IMG/VR virus record: IMGVR_UViG_3300024983_000137 | DNA: 64,000 nucleotides | Source: a virus | Strand: one strand, 5' to 3' | Part shown: positions 18,632-28,666 of the stretch, piece by piece | How positions within the stretch are numbered: the stretch's first letter is position 1 | Layout: every line of letters begins with the position of its first letter | Translations under genes and position numbers: made by a program | The notes under the pieces: model-generated | Database searches by the model: none | Told to the model about the DNA's origin: nothing | The model's input: the letters and a program-made list of their open reading frames with translations, nothing else

Positions 18632-19995
18632 TAAATCACTTTTAGCATATGCTTTTCTATATCGTATTTTTCTAACAGATCATATTCTCCTGCTAATATC
18701 AAATACGATCTTATTTTTTCCTTGTATTCTGAATGGCTTTTCAAAAAATCAGAAAATGAAGATTTTCTGTGCTGCTTTATCAATTCAATAAATTCTATCA
18801 ATTCTTTAATACTCGAATCATCGGTAGAATAGTATAAATAAAACAAGAACACATTTCGTTCTAAACTGTTATTAAAAATCCGATAATCACGTTTTCTAAT
18901 TAAGTCGCTAACCAGCTTTTGTCTATTGGGACTTTCTTCCAATGTTTTTTTGCGAATGTTTATTTCTACAGCATCGTCTTCATAAATGAGGCTATCTGAG
19001 TCTATATATTTCAAACCATACATACTCTCTAAAAACTTCAATAAATCTTCACTACTAAAATTGAAACATTTGTTGTTTGATTCCTTATATCTGTCAATCT
19101 CGGGTAAGTTTGTTGTTAAGATAAGCATAGGCTTTTCAGAACTTTCTCTTTTCTGAAACGGAATAGTTATTTTAAATTCTAAATTTTGAATACGTTCTTT
19201 TAATGTAGAATCAAAAATCTTTACATTCTTTCTTAATGTTTCGTAGTAAGTTAGTTCTTCTCCTATGGAATAAATAGCGTATCCATCTATTAGTTCTTTG
19301 ATTAAGCCATTTTTTGATTTACTAACAGAAACAAGAATTTGAAAACTCATTTTGGTAAATGATATTTCATCTATGCTTTGTAGTCCATTGGGTATTCCAA
19401 AATCTTCTCTTTGCTCTATAGCAACAGCAAAAACCAATTCGGAGATTTGATTTTTTTCAGGTGGCGTATGCACCAAATCAGGGGCAAATGGTCTTATTAC
19501 ATAGCGTTCTCTTGTTTTCGGATTCGTTTTGTAAAAACTGTAATGTTCATTTATTAGCTTACTTTTATAGTAATTATAAAATACTTTAGGTAACGGTTTA
19601 AATGTAATTCCATCAATAAAAAAATCGTGAGATTGTTTATGACGTCTTAATTGGGTTTTGGTGTCAAAAACAGAAATCCCATCTTCGGTTAATAAATATT
19701 TTTTATCTTCTTTAGTCAATAAACCATCACTTACAAGTTTATCAAGACGTAGTTCTATCAATGCTTTTGACGTGCCGATAATGCTCCCAATTTGAAATGA
19801 GCTAAAATCAGGTTTGACTTTTATAAAATCAACAATTACTTTATCCAAATTGTCAAGCGGGTCAGGCGTGGAATCAGAAATTTCAGAGTGTATGCAATAA
19901 ATAGGATATTGGATACAAAAAATCCCTTTTAATTGCCTATCCATTGCAGACAATTCTTCATAATATCTTTCTATGTCAATACTAAAATTGCTCAT
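18631..19995 (-). CDS. Unknown protein with a probable N-terminal winged helix, 454 aa
   Basis: SSFQIGSIIGTSKALIELRLDKLVSDGLL...YLLTEDG is wHTH-like; 1-nt overlaps with both neighbours. Confidence 0.6.
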   Translation of the reverse strand: MSNFSIDIERYYEELSAMDRQLKGIFCIQYPIYCIHSEISDSTPDPLDNLDKVIVDFIKVKPDFSSFQIGSIIGTSKALIELRLDKLVSDGLLTKEDKKYLLTEDGISVFDTKTQLRRHKQSHDFFIDGITFKPLPKVFYNYYKSKLINEHYSFYKTNPKTRERYVIRPFAPDLVHTPPEKNQISELVFAVAIEQREDFGIPNGLQSIDEISFTKMSFQILVSVSKSKNGLIKELIDGYAIYSIGEELTYYETLRKNVKIFDSTLKERIQNLEFKITIPFQKRESSEKPMLILTTNLPEIDRYKESNNKCFNFSSEDLLKFLESMYGLKYIDSDSLIYEDDAVEINIRKKTLEESPNRQKLVSDLIRKRDYRIFNNSLERNVFLFYLYYSTDDSSIKELIEFIELIKQHRKSSFSDFLKSHSEYKEKIRSYLILAGEYDLLEKYDIEKHMLKVI

Positions 19996-22900
19996 TAATA
20001 GGAAAAGGCTATTTGTTTTTTAGTTCTATCAATCTTTATAATTTTAACTCGTATTGTTTCATTCAATAAAATATTGTTGGAGCTTTTAATCCAACTTTTA
20101 TGCAAAAGACCTTCAAGTCCAGTTTCCATTTTAATGAAATATCCGAATTCAACTTCTTTTTGAACTATGCCGTTTACCCAATCTCCTTTTTTATATTTCT
20201 TGATTGTTGTTTCCCAATTCAGATTTTTTTCTTGTTCAGTATTTTTTCTGTTATAATGTTGTGGATTACCATTTGGTGGATTTGTGGTCAGATAATTTAA
20301 AGAGTTATTTTTATTGATCAACATAACAGTAATTCTTTTAGAGTTATTATCTATTTCGGTAACTATTACATTTACCGGATCTCCCTCTACATAATTAGTA
20401 AAATTTTTATTTAAGATTTGACCCTTATGGAAATATGGAGCTAATACAGTTACCTCGTTAATATCAATAAATAAGCCGTACGGCTTATCGCTGTCTTTTG
20501 ATACTCCAAGTTTTTTTGATACTCCTGTAGTAGTATCACCGACTTTGTACTTTTCTAAGAAAGATTCGAATGGAGATTTAAAATCATACAAATCGGCAAC
20601 ATTTATAAAGTTTCCGATTGCATCTTTTTTGCTAAGTCGCACTAAATTTTTAAATAGTTCAGTATAATCAAAAATACGGTCATAATGCGACCTTTTATCA
20701 GTAAGTGTTTTTGAATTTCCAATAAAAATTAATTTCTTTTTTGCTCGACTAAAAGCAACATTCAATCGTCTTGCATCGTCCAAAAATCCAACTTTTGAAA
20801 ACTTAGGTTTTCCATTTATAACAGGGGCTTTACTGTGGTCAGATGAACGGGTAAAACTAAAAATGATTATATCATATTCCTTTCCTTGAAATGAATCAAG
20901 TGTTGAAACATCAATGTTTTTAAATTTACAAGACGACCTGTTTATATGGTTTTTGATATTTGCAACTTGTGATTTGTATGGTGCTATAATAGCAATGTTT
21001 GAAGGGTTTACTTCGTTGTCAAATAGTTTTGGCAGTATGATTTCTGAAATTGTTTCTGCTTCCGTATTATTCATCGCAGAAAAACCGTCATTTTGCTCAA
21101 ATGGATTTTTTGAATTTGATGTATCAAAGAAAACCACTTCTTTATCAAAAGGCGAAGGAAAATCAAGTCTGTTCAAATGGGTTTTACTTCCCATTTTTAC
21201 CTTGCCATCATAAAAAGAACTTGATACAAATTCGCCAATGTTAGGGTGCATTCTGTGCTGATAATTCAGCATTTCTATATTTTCTTTTGGAAATTGGTCT
21301 GCGTTAATTCTATTTACAATAAATTCAAAGAATGAGGTTTTAAGAGCGTGAAGAATTTCTTCTTCCAGAAACTCTGAACCGTATACAGAATTTGGAAAAC
21401 TTGTTGGTTCTGATTTGTCAATAAGCGAACCGTCCATATACGGAGGTAATTGTTTTTGGTCGCCAACAAGAATTACTTTTTCCCCAAGTTCAATTGCAAC
21501 TAATGATTCCGCAATGTTTGCTTTCCCAGCTTCGTCAATAATTACGGTGTCGAATTTGAAATTTTTGTCTTTGAAAATTGGGTCGGATTTGATACCAATG
21601 CAAGTTGCAAAAACCACGTCAATAGAATTGTAGATTAAAGGTTTTAATAAAATCTCATATTCATTGTTTGATTCTTCAACCCATTTTTTTAGTATTTCTA
21701 TCGTTTCTTTTATTTCTGATAATGATAACTCTGACAGCCCTTTAAGTAAAATAAAGTGTCTTTGTTTATAGACTTCTTTTAAAACACCGTATTTTTCAAT
21801 TAATGAATTTATATACTGATTAAGCGATGTTTTAATTTCGCTTTTATCTGTTCCGTTAATTTTTTTCGTTAAATATTCATTGGCAACTAAAAGCTGATTT
21901 GCAATAAACTTTTTGAAGTCTATTTTATATTCATCAACAAGATTGTCAATGCTATATCTTACTAATTGCTTATCAATTCTGTCAGGATTTCCAACTCTTA
22001 AAAGGTTTAATTTTGGAAATTGAGAAATTTTCTCCAATACATTATCTACCGCAACATGATTTTGTCCTGAAACCAGTATTTTTTCACCTTTTTCAACTAA
22101 TTGCTGTATAATTTCTGCAATTACAGTCGTTTTTCCAGTACCAGGAGGTCCTTGAATTAAAAAGATATTTTGATTACCTACGGCTTTTTTTACAGCAGTT
22201 ATTTGGTTATTACTTGAATCTTCATTTTCGGTTATTGCTAAATTTTCATTTTTGAATTGTACTGATTTTAGAATAGGTGTCTTTACCTTATCGGGCTTAA
22301 CCAATAATGATTCTATGTGGTCAATCTTTATTTTTTTATCTAAAAAATCTTGAATAATTTCCCGTTGTATTTGAAATTGTTTTTTAGAAATACGTTTGTC
22401 CAAATAAAATCCATCTTTCAATAAAGAAAGTTTTATTTGCTTGTTGAATGTTATGACATAGTCATCATTGGAGTATGAAAGAATTCCGTCAGATAATTTT
22501 ATGAGTTTGTCCTCATCTTTATCTTTCAATCTAACATTTACAACAGTATCTTCATTGACTTCAAGACTATCTCCAACTGTTCTCGGTAATTTTATTGCTA
22601 CACCTTGATTAGCCGCAGGAATACGTTCACATTTATCGACAAATACATTATTCTCCTTTTGTTGTTCGATTAAGCTAATTTGATATTCAAGAAATTTATC
22701 AATAATAGCAAGGGTTCTTCCTTCTTGTCTTAAAATTTCACCTGCTTCGTTTTTTAACTGATTTATAGTTTCAAAACATTTTGTTTTTAGAACTGCGTAA
22801 TCAAGAAATTCATTTTGCGAATTGTCAAATGGGGTTGTTCCATAAGGTGAAATAATTTTCAACTTGTTGCTAAATAGGAAAGAACCATACTTTGTATTTC

Positions 22901-23921
22901 TTTTCTTGGCTTCACTCGATTTAACCTGGCTATGTCCAAATGAAAAGTCCTTGATAATGAATTTTATTTCCTTTTTATCTTTACTTATTGCAACATCTCC
23001 AAAGATGTTTACATCTTCATTATAAAGTGAAAAATCAGTTTTTTGATTTCCTTCCCGAATATTTATTTTAAACCAATAGTGTTGATTAGATAATAGCTCT
23101 AAGAGTTTGTTTTCACTTTCGTTTGAAACATTGGTTTCATTTAAAAAATAAGGAATTGCATTTTGCTTAAATGTTGTCTCGTAGCTTGCGTTTCCTAATT
23201 CAAACTGTATGTATAACGTTTTGTCTGTTTTAAATTCCTTTGAAAATATTTTATCATCAAATTCAAAACCGGCTTTAATTACAATTAGTTGCTCGTCTGT
23301 TGCGTAAACACCAAGAATTGAGTTCTTGAAAAAATAGAATGATTGTAAATCATCTTCAATAAAGTTGATTTCAGGGATTGAAAATTCTTCGTCTGCTTCG
23401 TCTTGTGCAATATCTAAAGATGCAGGAACAAAGGAAAGCAATTCACTATAATCAAGTTTAGAATTAACTTTGACCCTAATCTTTTTCTCTGGATTTTGAA
23501 GATAGTTATTATTTATTATGCCATAAAGACTATCATTTGTCTTTACGATTGTAGTATTGTTGTATCTTTCAACAATATCAGCATAAAATTCATCACCACG
23601 TTCTATTCTTTCCCAAGCTACGGTGCTGCTTATAGGTTCTGAAAGATGTTTTTTGCTTAAAATAACTTGTTTATTGGGGAAGTCTATATTCAGAACAACA
23701 CAATTAATTTTATCGCCAACTTTGAATTTTTTAAATTCTGCTTCACCTTCTGGAAAACACCAAGAGAGATCCATTATAGATAAACGACCAATAAAATCGT
23801 TTTCAATTTCTAATATTATCTGAGAAGGATTTATGATTGAAGTAATGTAGGTTTCAATAACAGTTCCTCTGTCATATTTTTGTAAAAACTCAGTTCTTAA
23901 TTTTTCCTTACCAATCTCCAT
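19995..23921 (-). CDS. SF1 (Upf1/DNA2-like) helicase with N- and C-terminal S1 RNA-binding domains, 1308 aa
   Basis: QGPPGTGKTT, IIDEAGK, VGDQKQLPP, YQHRMHP, IIAPYKSQV, TLDSFQGKE, RRLNVAFSRAK; S1-like segments (GRLSIMDLSW...VGDKINCVVL; YGYFIK-type EFGYFIKMETGLEGLLHKS). Confidence 0.88.
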   Translation of the reverse strand: MEIGKEKLRTEFLQKYDRGTVIETYITSIINPSQIILEIENDFIGRLSIMDLSWCFPEGEAEFKKFKVGDKINCVVLNIDFPNKQVILSKKHLSEPISSTVAWERIERGDEFYADIVERYNNTTIVKTNDSLYGIINNNYLQNPEKKIRVKVNSKLDYSELLSFVPASLDIAQDEADEEFSIPEINFIEDDLQSFYFFKNSILGVYATDEQLIVIKAGFEFDDKIFSKEFKTDKTLYIQFELGNASYETTFKQNAIPYFLNETNVSNESENKLLELLSNQHYWFKINIREGNQKTDFSLYNEDVNIFGDVAISKDKKEIKFIIKDFSFGHSQVKSSEAKKRNTKYGSFLFSNKLKIISPYGTTPFDNSQNEFLDYAVLKTKCFETINQLKNEAGEILRQEGRTLAIIDKFLEYQISLIEQQKENNVFVDKCERIPAANQGVAIKLPRTVGDSLEVNEDTVVNVRLKDKDEDKLIKLSDGILSYSNDDYVITFNKQIKLSLLKDGFYLDKRISKKQFQIQREIIQDFLDKKIKIDHIESLLVKPDKVKTPILKSVQFKNENLAITENEDSSNNQITAVKKAVGNQNIFLIQGPPGTGKTTVIAEIIQQLVEKGEKILVSGQNHVAVDNVLEKISQFPKLNLLRVGNPDRIDKQLVRYSIDNLVDEYKIDFKKFIANQLLVANEYLTKKINGTDKSEIKTSLNQYINSLIEKYGVLKEVYKQRHFILLKGLSELSLSEIKETIEILKKWVEESNNEYEILLKPLIYNSIDVVFATCIGIKSDPIFKDKNFKFDTVIIDEAGKANIAESLVAIELGEKVILVGDQKQLPPYMDGSLIDKSEPTSFPNSVYGSEFLEEEILHALKTSFFEFIVNRINADQFPKENIEMLNYQHRMHPNIGEFVSSSFYDGKVKMGSKTHLNRLDFPSPFDKEVVFFDTSNSKNPFEQNDGFSAMNNTEAETISEIILPKLFDNEVNPSNIAIIAPYKSQVANIKNHINRSSCKFKNIDVSTLDSFQGKEYDIIIFSFTRSSDHSKAPVINGKPKFSKVGFLDDARRLNVAFSRAKKKLIFIGNSKTLTDKRSHYDRIFDYTELFKNLVRLSKKDAIGNFINVADLYDFKSPFESFLEKYKVGDTTTGVSKKLGVSKDSDKPYGLFIDINEVTVLAPYFHKGQILNKNFTNYVEGDPVNVIVTEIDNNSKRITVMLINKNNSLNYLTTNPPNGNPQHYNRKNTEQEKNLNWETTIKKYKKGDWVNGIVQKEVEFGYFIKMETGLEGLLHKSWIKSSNNILLNETIRVKIIKIDRTKKQIAFSY

Positions 23922-24603
23922 TTTATTTTCATTTTAGGCTGAGTATTCATTTTACAGATGGCAAATAGATTAAAAAAATGCATAGAAACATCTATTCACA
24001 TGAATTTGTCCATTTGTGATATATATAATCTACATATAAATTCATACTAAATAATTTTTGATATTACTTGTTTATCGTTAGGCGTAATAGTGAATATGTA
24101 TGGAAATAACTTCTAATTTATTAAAAATGAATCTTCTTACGAAGAACCAATATTACAAAATATATGATAAAAATCTACATAAAACAAAACATTTTAGCGT
24201 TTATTACCTCCTTAATGTAAATCTCTTGATTAAATTTTATGTCCCAATTTTGGTAAATATTTGATACAAAATCCAGTCATAAATCAGCGACAAATTTTAA
24301 ATCTGTTTTTTGAAAAATGCTATATTTATTAGGTGTTTTAGCTTGTTTTTTGTCACAAATAATGACAAAATTTGTTACAAAATAAGAGGAATTACAGATG
24401 GTATAATCAAATTCAATTGAGGGTGGTCAGGAAGGTAGTCAAGTGGTGGTCAAGTTGAAAATAAATAGTAATTCTCAATTGAAAATTGATATTGAGTATT
24501 TATACCTAATCAACTAGGTATAAATACCCGATTTTCATCCATCATACACATCATATTTCAAAATTTAGTAGCATTGTATACTCATACCTGAATAACGAAT
24601 CTT

Positions 24604-24636
24604 TTTGTCACAAATTTTTACTAAATTTGTGACAAA
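24604..24636. promoter_or_regulatory. Perfect 14-bp inverted repeat upstream of the AbiE-type operon
   Basis: TTTGTCACAAATTT-ttact-AAATTTGTGACAAA, 17 bp before the GTG start. Confidence 0.65.
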
Positions 24637-24653
24637 TTATTATTTTAAACAAC

Positions 24654-25268
24654 GTGCAAACATCTAAAAATAAGATAGAAAATAAAATTTTAAAATCTCC
24701 GAGAGGAATACTGTTCTTCGCTGAGGATTTTACAAATTATGGAACACCTGAAAATATCCGTCAGGTACTGTCTCGTTTAGAAAAAGAGAGTGTATTAGTA
24801 CGTTTGGCACATGGAATTTATGTTAAGCCCAAAATAGATCCGTTATTAGGGACTATTTTACCTACTGCAGAACATGTAGCTGTCGAAATTTCAAAACGTG
24901 ATAAGTCGCGAATAGCTCCAACAGGAGTTCTGGCATTAAATCTATTAGGACTATCTACCCAAGTCCCGATGAATGCCGTATATCTTACTGATGGTTCACA
25001 AAGAATCGTAAAAATCGGAAAGCGGACAATCAGATTTAAGAAAGCCGCACCAAGAAATTTTGCGATAAAAGATGAACTCCTGCATTTGATTGTCCAGGCA
25101 ATGAAAGTAACAGGGCAAAAAGAAACAACAGATGATTTTCTGGATCGGATAAAACCATTCGTGCAAAAGTTAAATCCGGCTGTAATCAAAACACAATTGA
25201 AATATGGCCCTGTATGGATACAGAAAGAGATTATGAAACTATACAAAAATCAGACGGATGTGGATTAA
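24654..25268 (+). CDS. abiEi: AbiEi-like antitoxin / transcriptional regulator (DUF6088-like)
   Basis: N-terminal wHTH (IRQVLSRLEKESVLVRLAHGIY), ALNLLGLSTQVP...YLTDG; overlaps the downstream NTase. Confidence 0.78.
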   Translation: MQTSKNKIENKILKSPRGILFFAEDFTNYGTPENIRQVLSRLEKESVLVRLAHGIYVKPKIDPLLGTILPTAEHVAVEISKRDKSRIAPTGVLALNLLGLSTQVPMNAVYLTDGSQRIVKIGKRTIRFKKAAPRNFAIKDELLHLIVQAMKVTGQKETTDDFLDRIKPFVQKLNPAVIKTQLKYGPVWIQKEIMKLYKNQTDVD

Positions 25269-26262
25269 TTTAGAAAGAAATCAAAAAATACAGCTATTAG
25301 AGCAAATGAGTACCTTGACAGGATACCCTGCTTTAGTCATTGAAAAAGACTGGTGGGTATGTCTTGTTTTAAAAGCTGTATTCCAATCAGAATATGCAGA
25401 CTCTATTATATTCAAAGGAGGAACTTCATTAAGTAAAGCATATCAATTGGTAGAACGCTTTTCGGAAGATATCGACTTGATTATCGACAGACATCTGTTA
25501 GGATTTGACGAACTAAATTCAAAATCTCAGATCAAAAAACTTCGCAAAGCATCAGGAGGATTTATCATCAATGAATTCAGAGAAGAATTAATACAGCAGC
25601 TCTCCAACTTGGGAATAGATTCTTCCTTATACGAAATCAAATACAATGACGAAGTAGATGATACCAGCGACCCAAATACACTGGAATTACACTATCAGTC
25701 CGCTATAGATACAGACAATGACTACATACAAAAACGGGTACTTTTAGAAGTCGGTGCACGATCACTAACCGAACCATCCGAAAAGAAAGCCGTTATTTCA
25801 TTCATTGATAAAGAATTTAGTCATTTACCATTCGCATTGCCTGAGTTTAATGTACAAGTGGTAAAACCAATCAGAACGTTTATCGAAAAGACCTTACTGT
25901 TACACGAAGAATTTTCGAAACCAACAGACAAAATAAGAACAGACCGCTTAACAAGACATCTGTACGATCTGGAAAAAATGATGGATACAGAACATGGTAT
26001 TACAGCAATAACCGATGATGAATTATTCAATACAATTGTAGAACACCGCAAAAGTGTTACTCCTATACGTGGGATTGATTATTCCAATCATAAAAAAGGA
26101 AAACTCAAAATCGTACCTCCTCAAGAAGTCATTCAAGATTGGGAAAACGATTACAAAGAAATGCAGCAAAACATGATGGCAGGCGAAAGCTTGCCGTGGA
26201 ACGCTCTCATAGAGCGAATAAAAGAAATTGAAATAAGATTTAATGAAATTGAAAAAGAATAA
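25258..26262 (+). CDS. abiEii: AbiEii nucleotidyltransferase toxin (type IV TA)
   Basis: IEKDWWV, FKGGTSLSK, RFSEDIDL, EKTLLLHE, RHLYD. Confidence 0.88.
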   Translation: MWINLERNQKIQLLEQMSTLTGYPALVIEKDWWVCLVLKAVFQSEYADSIIFKGGTSLSKAYQLVERFSEDIDLIIDRHLLGFDELNSKSQIKKLRKASGGFIINEFREELIQQLSNLGIDSSLYEIKYNDEVDDTSDPNTLELHYQSAIDTDNDYIQKRVLLEVGARSLTEPSEKKAVISFIDKEFSHLPFALPEFNVQVVKPIRTFIEKTLLLHEEFSKPTDKIRTDRLTRHLYDLEKMMDTEHGITAITDDELFNTIVEHRKSVTPIRGIDYSNHKKGKLKIVPPQEVIQDWENDYKEMQQNMMAGESLPWNALIERIKEIEIRFNEIEKE

Positions 26263-26265
26263 GAA

Positions 26266-28542
26266 ATGAGTGGATTTAAATTGTTGGCAATAAGACCATT
26301 GGAGGGATGTGATGAAAAGTATAGGAAAAATTTGATTCCGGGACAGATTTATCAATTTTATCAGGATTATCAATTTGAAATTTCCAAGGATGAAGAAGGC
26401 AAAGAAGTTGTTTCTGCAAAACCTTTAGAAACTAACGTTCCAATGGATTTGTACAATATTAGACGAAAAGATAAGCCAGATTTGAAGATTAATATTTCTG
26501 CAATTGTAGGTAAGAACGGTAGTGGGAAAAGTTCATTGCTTGAAATTATTTATGGTACAATCTATTTGCTAGGTGAACAGGAAGAACTTTTTGATGATGA
26601 AAGTAGCTTTGATGAGGCAAATAGACTCCTTTTAGATGCAAAAGATTTGTTCAATAAACATAAGAAATTTAAAGAAGAAACAGAATTAGAATGGTACAAG
26701 AATTTTTTTGAAGATATTACGATAAATCTAGAAGGTAATTCGGAATACCTAAAACTGAATGAAGACAAGTATAAACGAATCAGAAAATTATTTGAACGAA
26801 CAAAACCAGATAATTACGAAGAATTAATAAATATTCGACAACGAACTGTTGACTCGTTTAATCACATTCATACTGGACTGAAAACAGAAATTTATTTTGA
26901 AATAGATAGTGTTATCTATGTTATTCGCGTGAATAATGATGAAAAACAAGTTTCAATTACTCCTATCCACGGATTATCCATTGAAGATTATAAAAAGAAA
27001 GAACTTTCTATTCTTCAAACATTCTTTTATTCTATAGCTGTCAATTATTCAATTCATGGATTAAACGATCGTACAATTGGTAGTTGGATAAATCCGCTAT
27101 TTCATAAGAATGATGGTTATCAAACTCCTTTAGTTATCAATCCAATGAGAACACATGGGGATTTTAAAATTGAAAGAGAAGAATATCTAGCAAAATCAAG
27201 GTTGTTATCTAACCTATTATTGAATGATGAAAAAAATGAACACCGGAAATTAACTGATAAACAGATAGCAACCCACCTAATATTTACTCTTAACAAAGAG
27301 AAAATTGGTCCAGATAGACTTAAAACAATTAATGAAGACACACTTAAGGATAGAATTACTAAACAAATCCAGAGTGAATTGTATGGAACATTCAATATCA
27401 ATATTGATTTAATTAATATTCCATTTAAGCAAGAAATTGAAAATTACATACTCAACAAAATTGAAAAAATATTGTATGTGTATAAACCCTATGAAAAAAC
27501 ATACACGAATAACTTAGCAAGATTTAGAGATGTTGTATTTGATACTGTAATAGAAGAAAAAATTCCTCAACTCATAAATGCGCTTTATACAGATGATTCT
27601 CACATTACGTTTAAATTGCGTCAGGCGATCAATTATTTAAAAAATGGCTTATTAGAAAATGTTGCTGATAAAATAGAGTGGGAATTTGGTAACCATAAAT
27701 ATCTTTTGGAAAGTTGGAATGATAAAGATCAATATGTCATTTCCATTGAAAGTTTATCAGATAAGCTGGCTAAAAAAACAAATGATCGACTAATTAATTT
27801 AATCCCTCCGTCGCTTTTTGATATTGAGATTATATTAACTGATGATAAATCTCTGTCGTCTTTTAAGCTATTAAGTTCAGGTGAACAGCAACATATTCAC
27901 TCTATACAATCCATTCTTTATCATCTTTATAACATTGATTCTGTTTTCAATCAACCAGATCATAGTGAGATTGTTGGTACACGCTTTACATACCCAAATA
28001 TTAATATAGTCTTGGATGAAATTGAGTTATATTTCCATCCAGAGTTTCAAAGAAGATTTGTTTCTGATTTACTTAAATCGATAGGACGTTTGAATTTAGG
28101 TAAAAATGATGCTAAAGATAATTTTTTGGGTATCAATTCAATCAATATTTTGTTTGCTACTCATTCGCCCTTTATTCTTTCAGACATTCCATCACAAAAT
28201 GTTCTCCGTTTGGAAAATGGCATTCCATCTAATAATGAGCAAAAAGGAACTTTTGGAGCAAATATTCATGAGATGCTCAATGACAATTTTTTCTTAGATA
28301 AAGGTGCAATGGGAGAGTTTGCTAAGACGCATATTGAGGATATAGCCAAAGAAATAATAGATTCAAATTTCATTGAACTCAAAAAAGTATACGAATTATC
28401 AAAAAAGATTGAAATAATTGAAGAACCGCTTATAAAAGAAAGACTTGAGTTTTTACTTGCACAAAAGAGTTCTTTGAAAAGTAAAGATGAAATCATTGCC
28501 GAGTTGAAACAAGAAATTCAGGGTTTGAAAAATAAAAGTTAA
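26266..28542 (+). CDS. ptuA: ABC/AAA_21 ATPase, Septu PtuA-like
   Basis: GKNGSGKSS Walker A, LSSGEQQ signature, LDEIELYFHPEFQR Walker B/D-loop, ATHSPFILSD H-loop; followed after 4 nt by a partner gene. Confidence 0.72.
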   Translation: MSGFKLLAIRPLEGCDEKYRKNLIPGQIYQFYQDYQFEISKDEEGKEVVSAKPLETNVPMDLYNIRRKDKPDLKINISAIVGKNGSGKSSLLEIIYGTIYLLGEQEELFDDESSFDEANRLLLDAKDLFNKHKKFKEETELEWYKNFFEDITINLEGNSEYLKLNEDKYKRIRKLFERTKPDNYEELINIRQRTVDSFNHIHTGLKTEIYFEIDSVIYVIRVNNDEKQVSITPIHGLSIEDYKKKELSILQTFFYSIAVNYSIHGLNDRTIGSWINPLFHKNDGYQTPLVINPMRTHGDFKIEREEYLAKSRLLSNLLLNDEKNEHRKLTDKQIATHLIFTLNKEKIGPDRLKTINEDTLKDRITKQIQSELYGTFNINIDLINIPFKQEIENYILNKIEKILYVYKPYEKTYTNNLARFRDVVFDTVIEEKIPQLINALYTDDSHITFKLRQAINYLKNGLLENVADKIEWEFGNHKYLLESWNDKDQYVISIESLSDKLAKKTNDRLINLIPPSLFDIEIILTDDKSLSSFKLLSSGEQQHIHSIQSILYHLYNIDSVFNQPDHSEIVGTRFTYPNINIVLDEIELYFHPEFQRRFVSDLLKSIGRLNLGKNDAKDNFLGINSINILFATHSPFILSDIPSQNVLRLENGIPSNNEQKGTFGANIHEMLNDNFFLDKGAMGEFAKTHIEDIAKEIIDSNFIELKKVYELSKKIEIIEEPLIKERLEFLLAQKSSLKSKDEIIAELKQEIQGLKNKS

Positions 28543-28546
28543 TAAA

Positions 28547-28573
28547 ATGCGTAAAATAAAAATCACCGATGAG
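28547..28573 (+). pseudogene. ptuB: 5' stub (MRKIKITDE) of the PtuB-like partner gene, interrupted by the prophage
   Basis: Rejoins in frame through the ATGAG repeat to 63673. Confidence 0.72.
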
Positions 28574-28582
28574 TATATTCGA

Positions 28583-28624
28583 CAAATCTACTCGCCCAGA
28601 AATCCAAATCTACTCGCCCAGAAA
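28583..28624 (+). repeat. Two 20-bp direct repeats at the prophage left end (candidate transposase sites)
   Basis: CAAATCTACTCGCCCAGAAA at 28583-28602 and 28605-28624. Confidence 0.75.
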
Positions 28625-28656
28625 AAACAAGCAGGGAGCAAATATACTCCCTGCTT
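28622..28656 (-). terminator. Terminator after the methylase
   Basis: AAGCAGGGAG-caaatata-CTCCCTGCTT stem, followed by a U-tract on the minus strand. Confidence 0.75.
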
Positions 28657-28666
28657 TAAAAACCAT

